DNA of 61,323 bases from positions 1 through 61,323 of the forward strand of contig JACVGT010000037.1 in the NCBI GenBank assembly GCA_018992685.1, read 5' to 3'. Source of the DNA: Theionarchaea archaeon (GTDB taxonomy: Archaea > Methanobacteriota_B > Thermococci > Methanofastidiosales > SZ-28-30). The number at the start of each line of letters is the position of its first letter. Positions within the stretch are counted from its first letter, which is position 1. The position numbers were made by a program, and so were the translations under genes. Shown here piece by piece: positions 19,435 to 28,626 of the stretch. Below the pieces are notes generated by a model. The model did no database searches and was not told the DNA's origin. It saw nothing but the letters and a program-made list of their open reading frames with translations.

Positions 19435-19844
19435 GGACCTCTCTCCAGGTACTTAAAGAAGGTGTAGAACAAGACGACAAAGGCTACACCCACTTTCAGC
19501 CCAACCAGGACATTTATCACAGGAATTGTCCCTGCAGCCAATCCCACTTTGTCCACCAGGAAATTGGAAAATAATGCATTCCCCACGACATATCCCAGGA
19601 TCCCCACTATGATGAGGAGCAGTCCGCTGATATCTTCCATGAAAGATGCCACATTCTCACTGAACCGCCCTTCCCTGGTGCCAAAAGCAATGAGGAGCAG
19701 GAGGACAACAGAGCCCAGAATCACGCCCCCCTGGAACCCGCCCCCGGGACTGAGGTGACCTGCCAATATAATGTAGATGCCAAATACCAGCATCATCGGG
19801 GCGAGAAATCCCGTGGTTGTTCTACAGATGATAGACATCTCCAT
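19431..19844 (-). CDS. mrpB: Na+/H+ antiporter subunit B (MnhB domain)
   Basis: GHLSPGGGFQGG motif. Confidence 0.9.
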   Translation of the reverse strand: MEMSIICRTTTGFLAPMMLVFGIYIILAGHLSPGGGFQGGVILGSVVLLLLIAFGTREGRFSENVASFMEDISGLLLIIVGILGYVVGNALFSNFLVDKVGLAAGTIPVINVLVGLKVGVAFVVLFYTFFKYLERGP

Positions 19845-20151
19845 CCGGACTCCCTCCATAAAGCTTATCGAGTTGCTTCATCTTCTGCTCTGTACGGTGG
19901 TGGTTCCTCCCCAGAATCAGAGTTACCCCCAGAATGGCAGTGAACAGGACCGTGGCTTCCCCTACAGTGTCGTACAGGCGGTAATCTGCAAGGATGGCTG
20001 CCACCACATTGATGGCCCCTGTATCTTCTGTACAGTGGGTAATATAGTACGTCGCCACGTCTGACACAGGCTTCCCGTATTCCAGTGGTAGCCCGGCCAA
20101 GAAGACAGCCCATGTACCAACCAACAGCAATGCCGGTACCATTCTCTTCAT
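19822..20151 (-). CDS. MbhE-like antiporter subunit (MrpA C-terminal module)
   Basis: NVVAAILADYRLYDTVGEATVLF. Confidence 0.87.
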   Translation of the reverse strand: MKRMVPALLLVGTWAVFLAGLPLEYGKPVSDVATYYITHCTEDTGAINVVAAILADYRLYDTVGEATVLFTAILGVTLILGRNHHRTEQKMKQLDKLYGGSPDGDVYHL

Positions 20152-20384
20152 TCTTTCACCTCTGTCTTGTAGATGGCAAACAGAAAAACGGTGAGTGATA
20201 CAGCATTCACCAGAAGGAGAGAAAAAGCCACGTCCGGAGCCTGCAGCTGGAAGATAACCACTGCAGTCAGCAAACTCAAAACACCAAAGATAATGACAGC
20301 ACTGATCAGGTTCTTCACTATCACAGAACTGACTGCAGTTACTGGCAGTAAGATCAAGAGCAGCTGCATGATGATGTCACTCAT
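20148..20384 (-). CDS. MbhD-like/DUF4040 antiporter subunit
   Basis: 3 TMs, LQAPDVA motif. Confidence 0.85.
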   Translation of the reverse strand: MSDIIMQLLLILLPVTAVSSVIVKNLISAVIIFGVLSLLTAVVIFQLQAPDVAFSLLLVNAVSLTVFLFAIYKTEVKE

Positions 20385-20691
20385 ACATATCCACCACCGT
20401 CATCTCACAGGGTTTTATCCCGAATTTGTGAGAGGCTCTGGCCAGAGCATGGGATGCCACAGGATTCAATGAAAAGATCAAGAAAAGCACCAGCAGCACC
20501 TTCAGAGACACCATACCCACTCCCAGAGCCACAACCACGCCCACCAGGATGGAGATGGAACCCCCTGTGTCACACTTGGTGGCAGCATGCAGGCGAGTGT
20601 ATACATCAGGGAACCGGATGACACCCACGGCTCCCAGAACCATCACAGTACATCCCGCAAGAAATAGAATATACTCAATCACGAAATCCAC
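20377..20691 (-). CDS. mrpG: Na+/H+ antiporter subunit G
   Basis: RFPDVYTRLHAATKCDT, PVASHALARA. Confidence 0.93.
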   Translation of the reverse strand: MDFVIEYILFLAGCTVMVLGAVGVIRFPDVYTRLHAATKCDTGGSISILVGVVVALGVGMVSLKVLLVLFLIFSLNPVASHALARASHKFGIKPCEMTVVDMYE

Positions 20692-20953
20692 CTTCCATGT
20701 ACTTTGCTACCACCAGAGACCCTGTGACGTTAAGCATGGCGAACCCAATGGCCACATCCAGATATAGTACCCTGCCATACAGGATAGAGAGTAGAACCAG
20801 CATTACAGTGATTTTTGTGGAAATGGTATTCAATCCCACCATTCTATCAGATATGGTAGGGCCCACCAGTACTCGCAAGAAGCAGATAACTGAGGTTGCT
20901 ACCAGGACCATGATGACGATCTGAAGTGCTACCAGAAGATACGGTGAAGCCAT
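20675..20953 (-). CDS. mrpF: Na+/H+ antiporter subunit F
   Basis: RVLVGPTISDRMV, YLDVA. Confidence 0.92.
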   Translation of the reverse strand: MASPYLLVALQIVIMVLVATSVICFLRVLVGPTISDRMVGLNTISTKITVMLVLLSILYGRVLYLDVAIGFAMLNVTGSLVVAKYMEGGFRD

Positions 20954-21534
20954 TCATCCACACCTCCTTTTATGATCTCTCCAGCCTCTTCTGTGGACAG
21001 CGTTTCGACATCAATCCAGTGGACGTACAGGGCGTTTCCCTCAAGGGTTTCTTTCACATCCAGAGTGAGAGTGCCCGGCGTTAGGGTGATAATGTTAGCC
21101 AGGGCTGTCACTGCGGTGTGGGAGCGCAAGGTGGTATCAATCCTCACAATGCCAGGATTAATATCCATGAGAATGACATGTCTGGCCACATTGACGTTGG
21201 CCTCAATGATCCTGAATAAGAAGATGAAGGCCAATTCAGGAATGTAGATAAAGACAAACATGAGCAAGCGGGAAAAGAAGTTCTCACCAGCCCTGATATC
21301 TCTGGCAAAGAAATCATATGTCAGAATGGATAGCAGCGTACACACACCTGCACCCAAAACCAAGGGGGGTGTAGCAGTAGACCCAATGAGGACGATCCAG
21401 AACAAGTACAGCACCAGAAAGGTTACCAGGATCTTCTGCCAAGTCCTAATGCCTTTTCCGTATTGAAGCTGTGATTCTATGTGCTCTTTTACAGTATCGA
21501 GCCGTTCTCTCAGGTAGAACCTCATTTTGGACAT
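20929..21534 (-). CDS. mrpE: Na+/H+ antiporter subunit E
   Basis: ANVNVA, INPGIV, LANIITLTPGT, LYVHWID. Confidence 0.92.
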   Translation of the reverse strand: MSKMRFYLRERLDTVKEHIESQLQYGKGIRTWQKILVTFLVLYLFWIVLIGSTATPPLVLGAGVCTLLSILTYDFFARDIRAGENFFSRLLMFVFIYIPELAFIFLFRIIEANVNVARHVILMDINPGIVRIDTTLRSHTAVTALANIITLTPGTLTLDVKETLEGNALYVHWIDVETLSTEEAGEIIKGGVDEWLHRIFW

Positions 21535-21669
21535 ACTTAAGAATGCACCCCCACCTTTAAAAGTATTGTGAAATCCCGAAACAAGGTAGTGCAGACGATC
21601 AACACACAGAATGGGTATGTCTGGGTAGCCTGTGTTTAAATCACATGTCAGATTGTGGTTTCTGAACGC

Positions 21670-22290
21670 TCAACCCTTCACTGGAGAGATGACGGAATCG
21701 TCAGGGTTCTCCCGTGTGGCAGCCATCACCCGATACCCTCCCTTGAGAGCAACATATACCACGTGGGGAAATTCCTCTTCCAGGTAGGAGAAGATGCTCT
21801 TTGCTCCCTGCTTTGTTCTGGCCACCACGTACATGGTGCCCCCAACATTGAGCAGCTGTTTCCCCTGGGCAATAAGGTTGAATACCGCTTGCTTCCCAGC
21901 TCGGATGGGAGGGTTCATGGCAATGACATCAAACCCGGGTCTTACACAGGTAGGGGTGCCACAGATTACGCCGGCATTCTCTCTCTCGTTCAGTAAAATA
22001 TTCTTTCTGGCCAGCCGGCATGCCCTTTCATTGACATCGAGAAGAACGGCGTATCGACACAGAAACGAAAGCGTGATACCGATTACTCCATATCCACATC
22101 CCACATCCAGGAACCAATCCTCAGATGAAACGCTGACACTTTCTGTCAGGAGTTTTGTACCGAAGTCTACCCTCTGTCTGGAGAAAACTCCCCTGCTGGT
22201 CTTGAACCGCAACTGGTGACCTCTTATACGTTCTGTGATTTCATTGACTTTTTCTTCAGATGTGGGCCTGTGAGTGAAGTAATGTTCCAT
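21670..22290 (-). CDS. Class I SAM methyltransferase, RsmC/MTS family
   Basis: HYF, GVFS..VDFGTKLL, LDVGCGYG, NPPIRAGK. Confidence 0.9.
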   Translation of the reverse strand: MEHYFTHRPTSEEKVNEITERIRGHQLRFKTSRGVFSRQRVDFGTKLLTESVSVSSEDWFLDVGCGYGVIGITLSFLCRYAVLLDVNERACRLARKNILLNERENAGVICGTPTCVRPGFDVIAMNPPIRAGKQAVFNLIAQGKQLLNVGGTMYVVARTKQGAKSIFSYLEEEFPHVVYVALKGGYRVMAATRENPDDSVISPVKG

Positions 22291-22339
22291 ATACAGAGTT
22301 TTCAGAAATCTTTATAAACCCTTGTTGGCCTTCCATACT

Positions 22340-22714
22340 ATGGCATTATGGCAGAGAAGATCAAAGCGAACTCGCACCGGAAAAATGCTTCGAAGGTCAA
22401 GGAAGAAAAGGAAGCGTGAAGTGGGAAGAGACTTCATTGAAACCAAGATTGGTCCTGAAAAGAAGAAACTCCAGAGAACCTACGGAGGAAACAGAAAGGT
22501 GAAGCTCCAGAAAGCAGAATATGCAAACGTAGTAACCAAGGAAGGAACCAAGAGGACCAGGATCTTGAGTGTCGCGCAGAATGAGGCTAACCGTCACTTT
22601 GTCAGGCGAAATATCATCACTCAGGGTGCTGTAATCGAGACTGAGCTGGGAAATGCCCGTGTGACCTCTAGACCTGGGCAGCATGGCATCATAAATGCCA
22701 TCCTCATGGAATAA
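22340..22714 (+). CDS. rps8e: 30S ribosomal protein S8e
   Basis: RTYGGNRK, RRNIITQGAVIETELG.ARVTSRPGQHG.INA. Confidence 0.97.
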   Translation: MALWQRRSKRTRTGKMLRRSRKKRKREVGRDFIETKIGPEKKKLQRTYGGNRKVKLQKAEYANVVTKEGTKRTRILSVAQNEANRHFVRRNIITQGAVIETELGNARVTSRPGQHGIINAILME

Positions 22715-22751
22715 CCCTTTTTCTCAGGCTGCATACCACGAGAGTACTCGG

Positions 22752-24080
22752 TTACTTTGCAATTACATTAGCATCTGAAAACCGAACATGCGGCAGGATG
22801 GAATACTCACAGATCTTTGAATCGCTCCCTACAGCATCAATCTTGGTAAGCAGCGAGAAGATGTTATCTGACAGCATGATCCCGGTGACACCACCTGTCA
22901 TCTCTCCCTTTCGTATCCTGAAAGCAGGTGCACACACCACAGAGAAATCTCCTGATTCTGGATTGGATCCATGAGCCCCCTGTATGTAATCGACGTAGTA
23001 GCCATCGCTGATATCCAGGATTTCTGTACTGTCATACGTTCCTGGGTTAATGGTCATTGTGCTCTGTTGAAGGAGCATCCTATCTTCCCGCCAGTCATAA
23101 TGTGCATTTCCTGTACTGGGACGGCCAGCCCTCTTTCCCCAGTAGTTGTCCCAGATGAATCCTTTCAGGATCCCCTCCTCAATAATAGGTGTGTCCTGAG
23201 ATGGAACACCTTCATCATCCATTTCTCTGGCACCAACCCCTCTCGGCTCCATCCCGTTGTCGTGTAGGGTTAGGCAGCTGCTGGCAATTTTCTCTCCTTC
23301 TTTTCCAGCCAGTTTGGATTTTCCTCGGACCACACTTTCTCCAGAGACTGCCCTGAACAGGGTGTAGAACAACAGGGCTTCCAGAGAAAGGGGTGAAAAA
23401 ACCACCTGTGACTTCCCTGACGCAGCCTTTTCAGGAGCACGGAATTTTTCAATGTTCTCCATGACAGGGGTCACGACACTGCTGGGATCAGGATTGTACT
23501 TTCTCGAAATTTGAAACTCTTGGAATTCAGCTGTCACTCCATCTGCAAGAATTCCTACAGCTGCCAGGAACATGCCCTCCAGGGCTCCCTTGTCCTCATG
23601 CTGAATCCCACTGCTACTGGCACATGCCCTGTGGGTAAGCTCGATTTCATGAGCAGCAAGATAGACAGCAACATCAGACGGAACCATGTCCAACATTTCT
23701 GTGACAGGTTCAGCCATTGTTTCTGCATTCACTTCCTCCAGGGCTGAATCCCACAACTCCATGTGTGGGTACCCTCCTGGTTGTGGAAGAGATTTCCAGT
23801 GAGGATCCTTCTTGCTTGCAGACGCTGCCTTCAGAACCCTCTTCACTGCCTGGCTGACACTTGGCTTATCCAGCCTGTAGGTAAAGATGCTGGCTGCTGC
23901 CTTTCCCACTATCACGCGTATTCTCATGCCCTCATTGATGATGGTGGAAGCCTCATTCACCTGCCCCAGCTGGGCCTTGACTGCAGTATTGACTTTCCTC
24001 ATCCAGATTGCTTCGATTTCATCTGCACCTGAATTCTCGCCTTCCTGGACTGCATACTGACATAGAGTTAGCCTGTTCAT
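22752..24080 (-). CDS. pmbA: Second PmbA/TldE-type subunit
   Basis: DDEGVP, STGNA, GAHGSNPESGDFS. Start moved to ATG 24080. Confidence 0.85.
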   Translation of the reverse strand: MNRLTLCQYAVQEGENSGADEIEAIWMRKVNTAVKAQLGQVNEASTIINEGMRIRVIVGKAAASIFTYRLDKPSVSQAVKRVLKAASASKKDPHWKSLPQPGGYPHMELWDSALEEVNAETMAEPVTEMLDMVPSDVAVYLAAHEIELTHRACASSSGIQHEDKGALEGMFLAAVGILADGVTAEFQEFQISRKYNPDPSSVVTPVMENIEKFRAPEKAASGKSQVVFSPLSLEALLFYTLFRAVSGESVVRGKSKLAGKEGEKIASSCLTLHDNGMEPRGVGAREMDDEGVPSQDTPIIEEGILKGFIWDNYWGKRAGRPSTGNAHYDWREDRMLLQQSTMTINPGTYDSTEILDISDGYYVDYIQGAHGSNPESGDFSVVCAPAFRIRKGEMTGGVTGIMLSDNIFSLLTKIDAVGSDSKICEYSILPHVRFSDANVIAK

Positions 24081-24081
24081 G

Positions 24082-25458
24082 TTATCCTCTCCCTCCAAAC
24101 AAGATGGCTCCCTTCTTGATGCGCAAGTGAGGTCCTCCAGAGGATACTGCCGCTGTCTGACCCTTTCCGCAATGTCCTTCTTCGAATCCCAGTTCCTTTC
24201 CTGCACCCTCTATCAGGAACAGTGCCTCTGTAGCCAGGCCACTGATAGAAAGATCCTTTATGGGATTCCCTATTTCTCCATCCCTTATTTCGAATGCTTC
24301 CTGTATTCCCACCTGGAAACTCGAGTTGGGCTGCGCCGATCCACCTCGATAATCAACACAGTAATACCCGAAGTCAATACCTTCAAAGAGCTCTTCAGGC
24401 GTGTAATCTCCTTCCTCAAAAAAGGTGTTTCTCATCCGTATGAGTGTAGGGAACAGAAAACTCTCTGCCCTGGCAGAACCAGACGTCGGCATCCCTGTGC
24501 GGTGTGCATATTCTCTGTCAGTCAGCAATCCAGTAAATATGCCCTTCTTGATAATATCCACCCGCTGCATGGGAACACCTTCATCGTCATACTTTAAAGC
24601 TCCAAAAGTCCCCTTGATAGGTGCATCCACCATGCCAACACAGTCTGCTGCCACTTTCTTTCCCAGTTTGCCATTGAAGCTGGAATTCAACGTCAGATCT
24701 GCCTCTGCCAGGTGGCCCAGTGCCTCGTGCGCCAGAACGCCCACCACCCTGGGTCCCAGAACGCAGGGAAAACTACCGCTCTTGGGATTATTCCCTTCCA
24801 CCTGCATGATCACCCTGTTTCCCACACGGTCAGCAATCGTTTCTGCTGTTTCCTCCTCAAAGTATTCGTAGCCCTGTTCAGTGGAGCCCACACCATCGCG
24901 GGCTGCTGTGAGCGTCCCATTCTCCTTGCCTGTGACCCAGCAGTAGTTCCAGACGTGACCTGTTTCCTCACAGATACGGGTACCCTCATTGGTCAATAGG
25001 TACTTGAATCCGTGTGAGTCAGTATGCCGCAGAGAAATCGCGGCAATCCTCTTATCATAGCCTTTTATGAGATCATGCAATATTTCAAGACGAGAAATCT
25101 TCTCTTCAAAAGAAACTTCATGAGGGGGCCGTCTAAATCTCTTTTTAACGTCTTCTGAGGCAGGAGTAATCTCAGCCAATGTTATTTTATCTTTTCTGGT
25201 TTGTGAAGCCACAGCAGCCAGTGAACACGCCTTCTCAACCACAGATTCCACTTCATCAAGGCTACCACAGGCAAATCCCCACGCACCGTTGCGGAGAACC
25301 CTTGAGGCAACTCCGGTCTGCACCTTTGAGTTGAGGTTGTCCACCCGGCCATCAGAATATCCAATGAAGGTGAGGGTTGTATCTTCGGCTCGCAACTCCA
25401 CGTATTCCGCTCCGCTGCTTTCGCCTTTCACAATTCCTTTCTCCAGTGTGCTGAACAT
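24082..25458 (-). CDS. tldD: Second TldD metalloprotease
   Basis: HEALGHLAEAD, YDDEGV, IRMRNT, CGKGQ...GGP. Start moved to ATG 25458. Confidence 0.9.
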   Translation of the reverse strand: MFSTLEKGIVKGESSGAEYVELRAEDTTLTFIGYSDGRVDNLNSKVQTGVASRVLRNGAWGFACGSLDEVESVVEKACSLAAVASQTRKDKITLAEITPASEDVKKRFRRPPHEVSFEEKISRLEILHDLIKGYDKRIAAISLRHTDSHGFKYLLTNEGTRICEETGHVWNYCWVTGKENGTLTAARDGVGSTEQGYEYFEEETAETIADRVGNRVIMQVEGNNPKSGSFPCVLGPRVVGVLAHEALGHLAEADLTLNSSFNGKLGKKVAADCVGMVDAPIKGTFGALKYDDEGVPMQRVDIIKKGIFTGLLTDREYAHRTGMPTSGSARAESFLFPTLIRMRNTFFEEGDYTPEELFEGIDFGYYCVDYRGGSAQPNSSFQVGIQEAFEIRDGEIGNPIKDLSISGLATEALFLIEGAGKELGFEEGHCGKGQTAAVSSGGPHLRIKKGAILFGGRG

Positions 25459-25503
25459 AGAAAAATCTTTATGGGTATACTTCAAAAACCTATCGGTGAC
25501 AGA

Positions 25504-26775
25504 ATGGGATTCACTGATAGGATAGCAGGATTGCTGAAAAAGAAAGAATCGGGACAAGAAGAAGCAGTATCGCTCGAGAATTTGGACGCTTATATTGCCT
25601 CCAGAATACAGGAAAACCAGGAGAGAATCACAGGAGAGAGTGAGATCTTTCTGGATAAGATTCTGAAGGACATTGATGACTTGGCAGAAATATTGGAAAA
25701 CCTGCGAGAAAAGGAACGAGAAGAAATGTTCAAGAAGCTTGATTCCATCGTGAAGAGCAGTCAGAAACAGTTTGCAGATTCGTTGAAACACGTGCTGGAA
25801 CGGGTACGGCTGGAAAGAAAGGACTACCAAGGGCTGACAGAGTTCCATCAGCAGGTTTCAGATGCTCTCCAGCAGATGCAGAAGCTCAGCAGAATGCACG
25901 GCCGGTACTTGCACCTGGCCTTTGAAAGAGAGATGAAGACCTTCAACAGGACGGTGAAAGAACTGGCAACCTACCATCACCTGCTGGGCCGGTTTCTGAA
26001 CTCTCAGGCAAAAGATGTCGTCAGCCTGCAGCACATCAGAGAACAGCTTGTCAAGAGGAGGGAGACTGAAGCCCTAATCAAGACCTTGGAACGGGAGAAA
26101 GAGCAGACAGGAGCCGAGGTCAGAACTGTTGAAGCTGAAATTTTACAGCTGGAAACCCATATGAAAGAACGTGAGTCAAGCGAAGAGTACGGGAAACTCC
26201 TTGCATATGAGAGCCACCAGAATGCTGTGACAGAGGAGCTCGCATCTGTTGAAAAGGAGGTGTACAACATCCTGCACCCCCTTGATAGAGATTTCCGCAA
26301 GTTCAAGAGGCAGGTTGAGCTGGGGAATGTGTCATTCAGCCTTGACATTCTTGAGGAATATGAACCTCTCACTGAACAGTTCTTCACTGAAGAAGAAGGG
26401 TATCCTACGCTCAAGAAAATTGCTTCCACCATGAAAGAGGCTCTGGAGAAGCAGGTAATCAAGGAAAAGGGGCACAAGAAAGAGAAAGTACTGGATATTT
26501 TGGATACGATCTTGAAGGACGAACTGGTGAGGCATCAAAAGAGGTATAGCGAGTTGAAGAAGGAACTGGAAAAACAGCCGATTAAGAAAGACATTGTCAA
26601 GGATATCGAGGTATCCAGAAGGAGTATTGAAGAGAAGAGGTCCAAGATAGAAGATTTAAAGTCAAGGATAGAAGACCTCACATCAAAGGCGAAAAATGCC
26701 AGAAAAGAACTGGGGGAAATCGAATCAGAGATCGGAGAGCAATGCCGCGCCGTGGGGCTGACACTCGAGGAATAG
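25504..26775 (+). CDS. Long coiled-coil hypothetical protein
   Basis: E/K/L-rich heptad composition throughout; no P-loop seen. Confidence 0.75.
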   Translation: MGFTDRIAGLLKKKESGQEEAVSLENLDAYIASRIQENQERITGESEIFLDKILKDIDDLAEILENLREKEREEMFKKLDSIVKSSQKQFADSLKHVLERVRLERKDYQGLTEFHQQVSDALQQMQKLSRMHGRYLHLAFEREMKTFNRTVKELATYHHLLGRFLNSQAKDVVSLQHIREQLVKRRETEALIKTLEREKEQTGAEVRTVEAEILQLETHMKERESSEEYGKLLAYESHQNAVTEELASVEKEVYNILHPLDRDFRKFKRQVELGNVSFSLDILEEYEPLTEQFFTEEEGYPTLKKIASTMKEALEKQVIKEKGHKKEKVLDILDTILKDELVRHQKRYSELKKELEKQPIKKDIVKDIEVSRRSIEEKRSKIEDLKSRIEDLTSKAKNARKELGEIESEIGEQCRAVGLTLEE

Positions 26776-26853
26776 TACGGTCTCGATGCACGGGGAGAGA
26801 GGAGAAGAGCAGAGAATCATGGAACAGGGGGAAACCCCCTGCTTCCAGGGACA

Positions 26854-28044
26854 CTACCTGCATTCCTGAGAAGCCCATTTCAATAGGTGTGTCCGATCCT
26901 GCGCTGAGAATTGGGGGGTTTCGAAAACAGGGACCTGTTCGAAATCTCTGTAGGGGACATCCAGGAAAGTGCCATGCTTTTCCACCCAGTGCCAGAATGC
27001 TGTCCCAGGATAGGGCGTTGCCAGGCTGAAATGTCCTTTGATATCTATATTCTTTATGAAATCCACTGTTTTCCTAATGGTGTCAGGTGTGTCACCTGGA
27101 TTTCCCACCATGAACAATCCTTCTACCTCAATTCCTGCTTCTTTAGACATGGATACGGCACTTTTTATCTGTTCAAGCGTAATCTCCTTCCTTATGCTGT
27201 CAAGGATGTGCTGGACTCCTGATTCAATGCCATATAATATTCTGATGCATCCTGCCTCCGCCATGACCGAAAGCATGTCAATATCCACTGAATCCACTCG
27301 AGTTCCATTGGGAAGATCCCACGCACAGTCAAGCTCCGTGAACCTGGTGCATATACTGAGGACACGCTCTTTGTGGTACGTGAAAAGGTCATCCATAATG
27401 TGCAGCATGGGAGCGCCCCCTTCCAGGAGATATGAGGCTTCCTGACCTACCTGGGAGGGTGTCCTGCCCCGCCAGATGTGGCCAAACGGAGAGACGCAGA
27501 ACACACAGTGGTAGGGGCATCCTCGACTGGTTACGAGAGTTCCCTGGTTGGGATGGTACTGAGACAATGACATAGTGGTATAGTCCGGCGGGAGTAGGGT
27601 GGCTAGATCTGCAGGGGGCCTCTGAGGGGCAAATCCGGTGCGGCTGAGAACTCCCGGAACCATTGAATATGGTTTCTTCTGTTCCAAACAGGTCAAGAGC
27701 TCACTGAAGGTAATCTCTCCTTCCCCTCGGACCACACAGTCAGAAAACTTCAACAACTCCTGAGGGAGAGCGTGATGCCCTCCAGTAACAATGACAGGAT
27801 CTCCACACTCTGCGCGAACCTGCTTTGCTACTCGTGCCGCTTCTTCTACTGAGACTGTGTGGCAGGATATGCCCACTACATCCCACGCCTTTCTGGGCAA
27901 GAGTCCAACACGGAGATCAATAACCTCACAGGTATGTCCCTGGGTGTTTCCTGCCAGCCATGCCAATCCGACTGGTGGAAATGTTCCGAGGATATCTTCA
28001 TCTGGTGAGTGGGGCACATTGGGCTGTATTAGGGCTACGTGCAT
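26854..28044 (-). CDS. B12-binding-domain radical SAM protein
   Basis: PPVGLAWLA, VVRGEGE, TSRGCPYHCVFC (CxxxCxxC), GIESG, FMVGNPGDT. Confidence 0.92.
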   Translation of the reverse strand: MHVALIQPNVPHSPDEDILGTFPPVGLAWLAGNTQGHTCEVIDLRVGLLPRKAWDVVGISCHTVSVEEAARVAKQVRAECGDPVIVTGGHHALPQELLKFSDCVVRGEGEITFSELLTCLEQKKPYSMVPGVLSRTGFAPQRPPADLATLLPPDYTTMSLSQYHPNQGTLVTSRGCPYHCVFCVSPFGHIWRGRTPSQVGQEASYLLEGGAPMLHIMDDLFTYHKERVLSICTRFTELDCAWDLPNGTRVDSVDIDMLSVMAEAGCIRILYGIESGVQHILDSIRKEITLEQIKSAVSMSKEAGIEVEGLFMVGNPGDTPDTIRKTVDFIKNIDIKGHFSLATPYPGTAFWHWVEKHGTFLDVPYRDFEQVPVFETPQFSAQDRTHLLKWASQECR

Positions 28045-28140
28045 GAATATCCCTCCTCAGATGCAACCGTACGTCTCACGGACGATTGGTTCCAATTCTG
28101 TAATGGAAAAGCCCTTTATATATTGAAGGGAATACATTCT

Positions 28141-28287
28141 ATGAAAAAAGTTGCAGTCAAAATTAACGGAAAAGAGCTGGAGCTCAACGCCTTTGCAGAG
28201 AGCGTTGTCATGTCGACAATAAGAGGACTTCTCTCTCCTCTCAGAGGGTATGAAGAAGGAGAAATATCTATCGTGATAAAAGAGTAG
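28141..28287 (+). CDS. Small 48-aa protein resembling the C-terminal extension of some MobB proteins
   Basis: MKKVAVKINGKELELNAFAESVVMSTIRGLLSPLRG...; TTTATATA box at ~28115. Family resemblance recalled, not verified. Confidence 0.6.
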   Translation: MKKVAVKINGKELELNAFAESVVMSTIRGLLSPLRGYEEGEISIVIKE

Positions 28288-28290
28288 ACA

Positions 28291-28429
28291 TGGTGGGGAC
28301 ACGGAGATTTGAACTCCGATCCACAGGTTTCTTCACGCTCCAAAAACTCGTCATCAGCTTTCGCCTCAGCAAACCTGCGCTTTTGGATTTCTGGAGCCTG
28401 CGATGATAGCCTGGTTACACCATGTCCCC
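28291..28429 (-). tRNA. tRNA-Trp(CCA) with ~62-nt intron (about 28329-28390), CCA encoded
   Basis: GGGGACATGGTGTAACCAGG...GCAGG-CTCCAG[intron]A-CCTGT...GGAGTTCAAATCTCC-GTGTCCCC-ACCA. Confidence 0.93.
28329..28390 (-). ncRNA. Box C/D-type guide elements within the tRNA-Trp intron
   Basis: CTGA (28366-28369) and TGATGA (28351-28356) separated by a GCGAAAGC hairpin; CAGGTTT and TGGAGC are complementary to the pre-tRNA anticodon arm region. Confidence 0.65.
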
Positions 28430-28626
28430 TACGTCGTGATGGACAATACCTTTTATAAATCTTTCTGTCGCTCGGTACCGCCTTCAGGGGAAACCCATTC
28501 CAACCTCCTACGGATTCTCCCTCTCCCAGTTTTATAGGAGGCTTGCCAAGTGATCCAGTCTTCTAGACCACCACAAGTAAAATAAAGACGAAACGTTTAT
28601 ATACTATCATAGTAGTAAGTTATCTG

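Noticed and set aside
25504-26775. Coiled-coil protein as SMC/Rad50 or ESCRT-like
   Set aside because: No Walker motifs, zinc hook or other diagnostic features.
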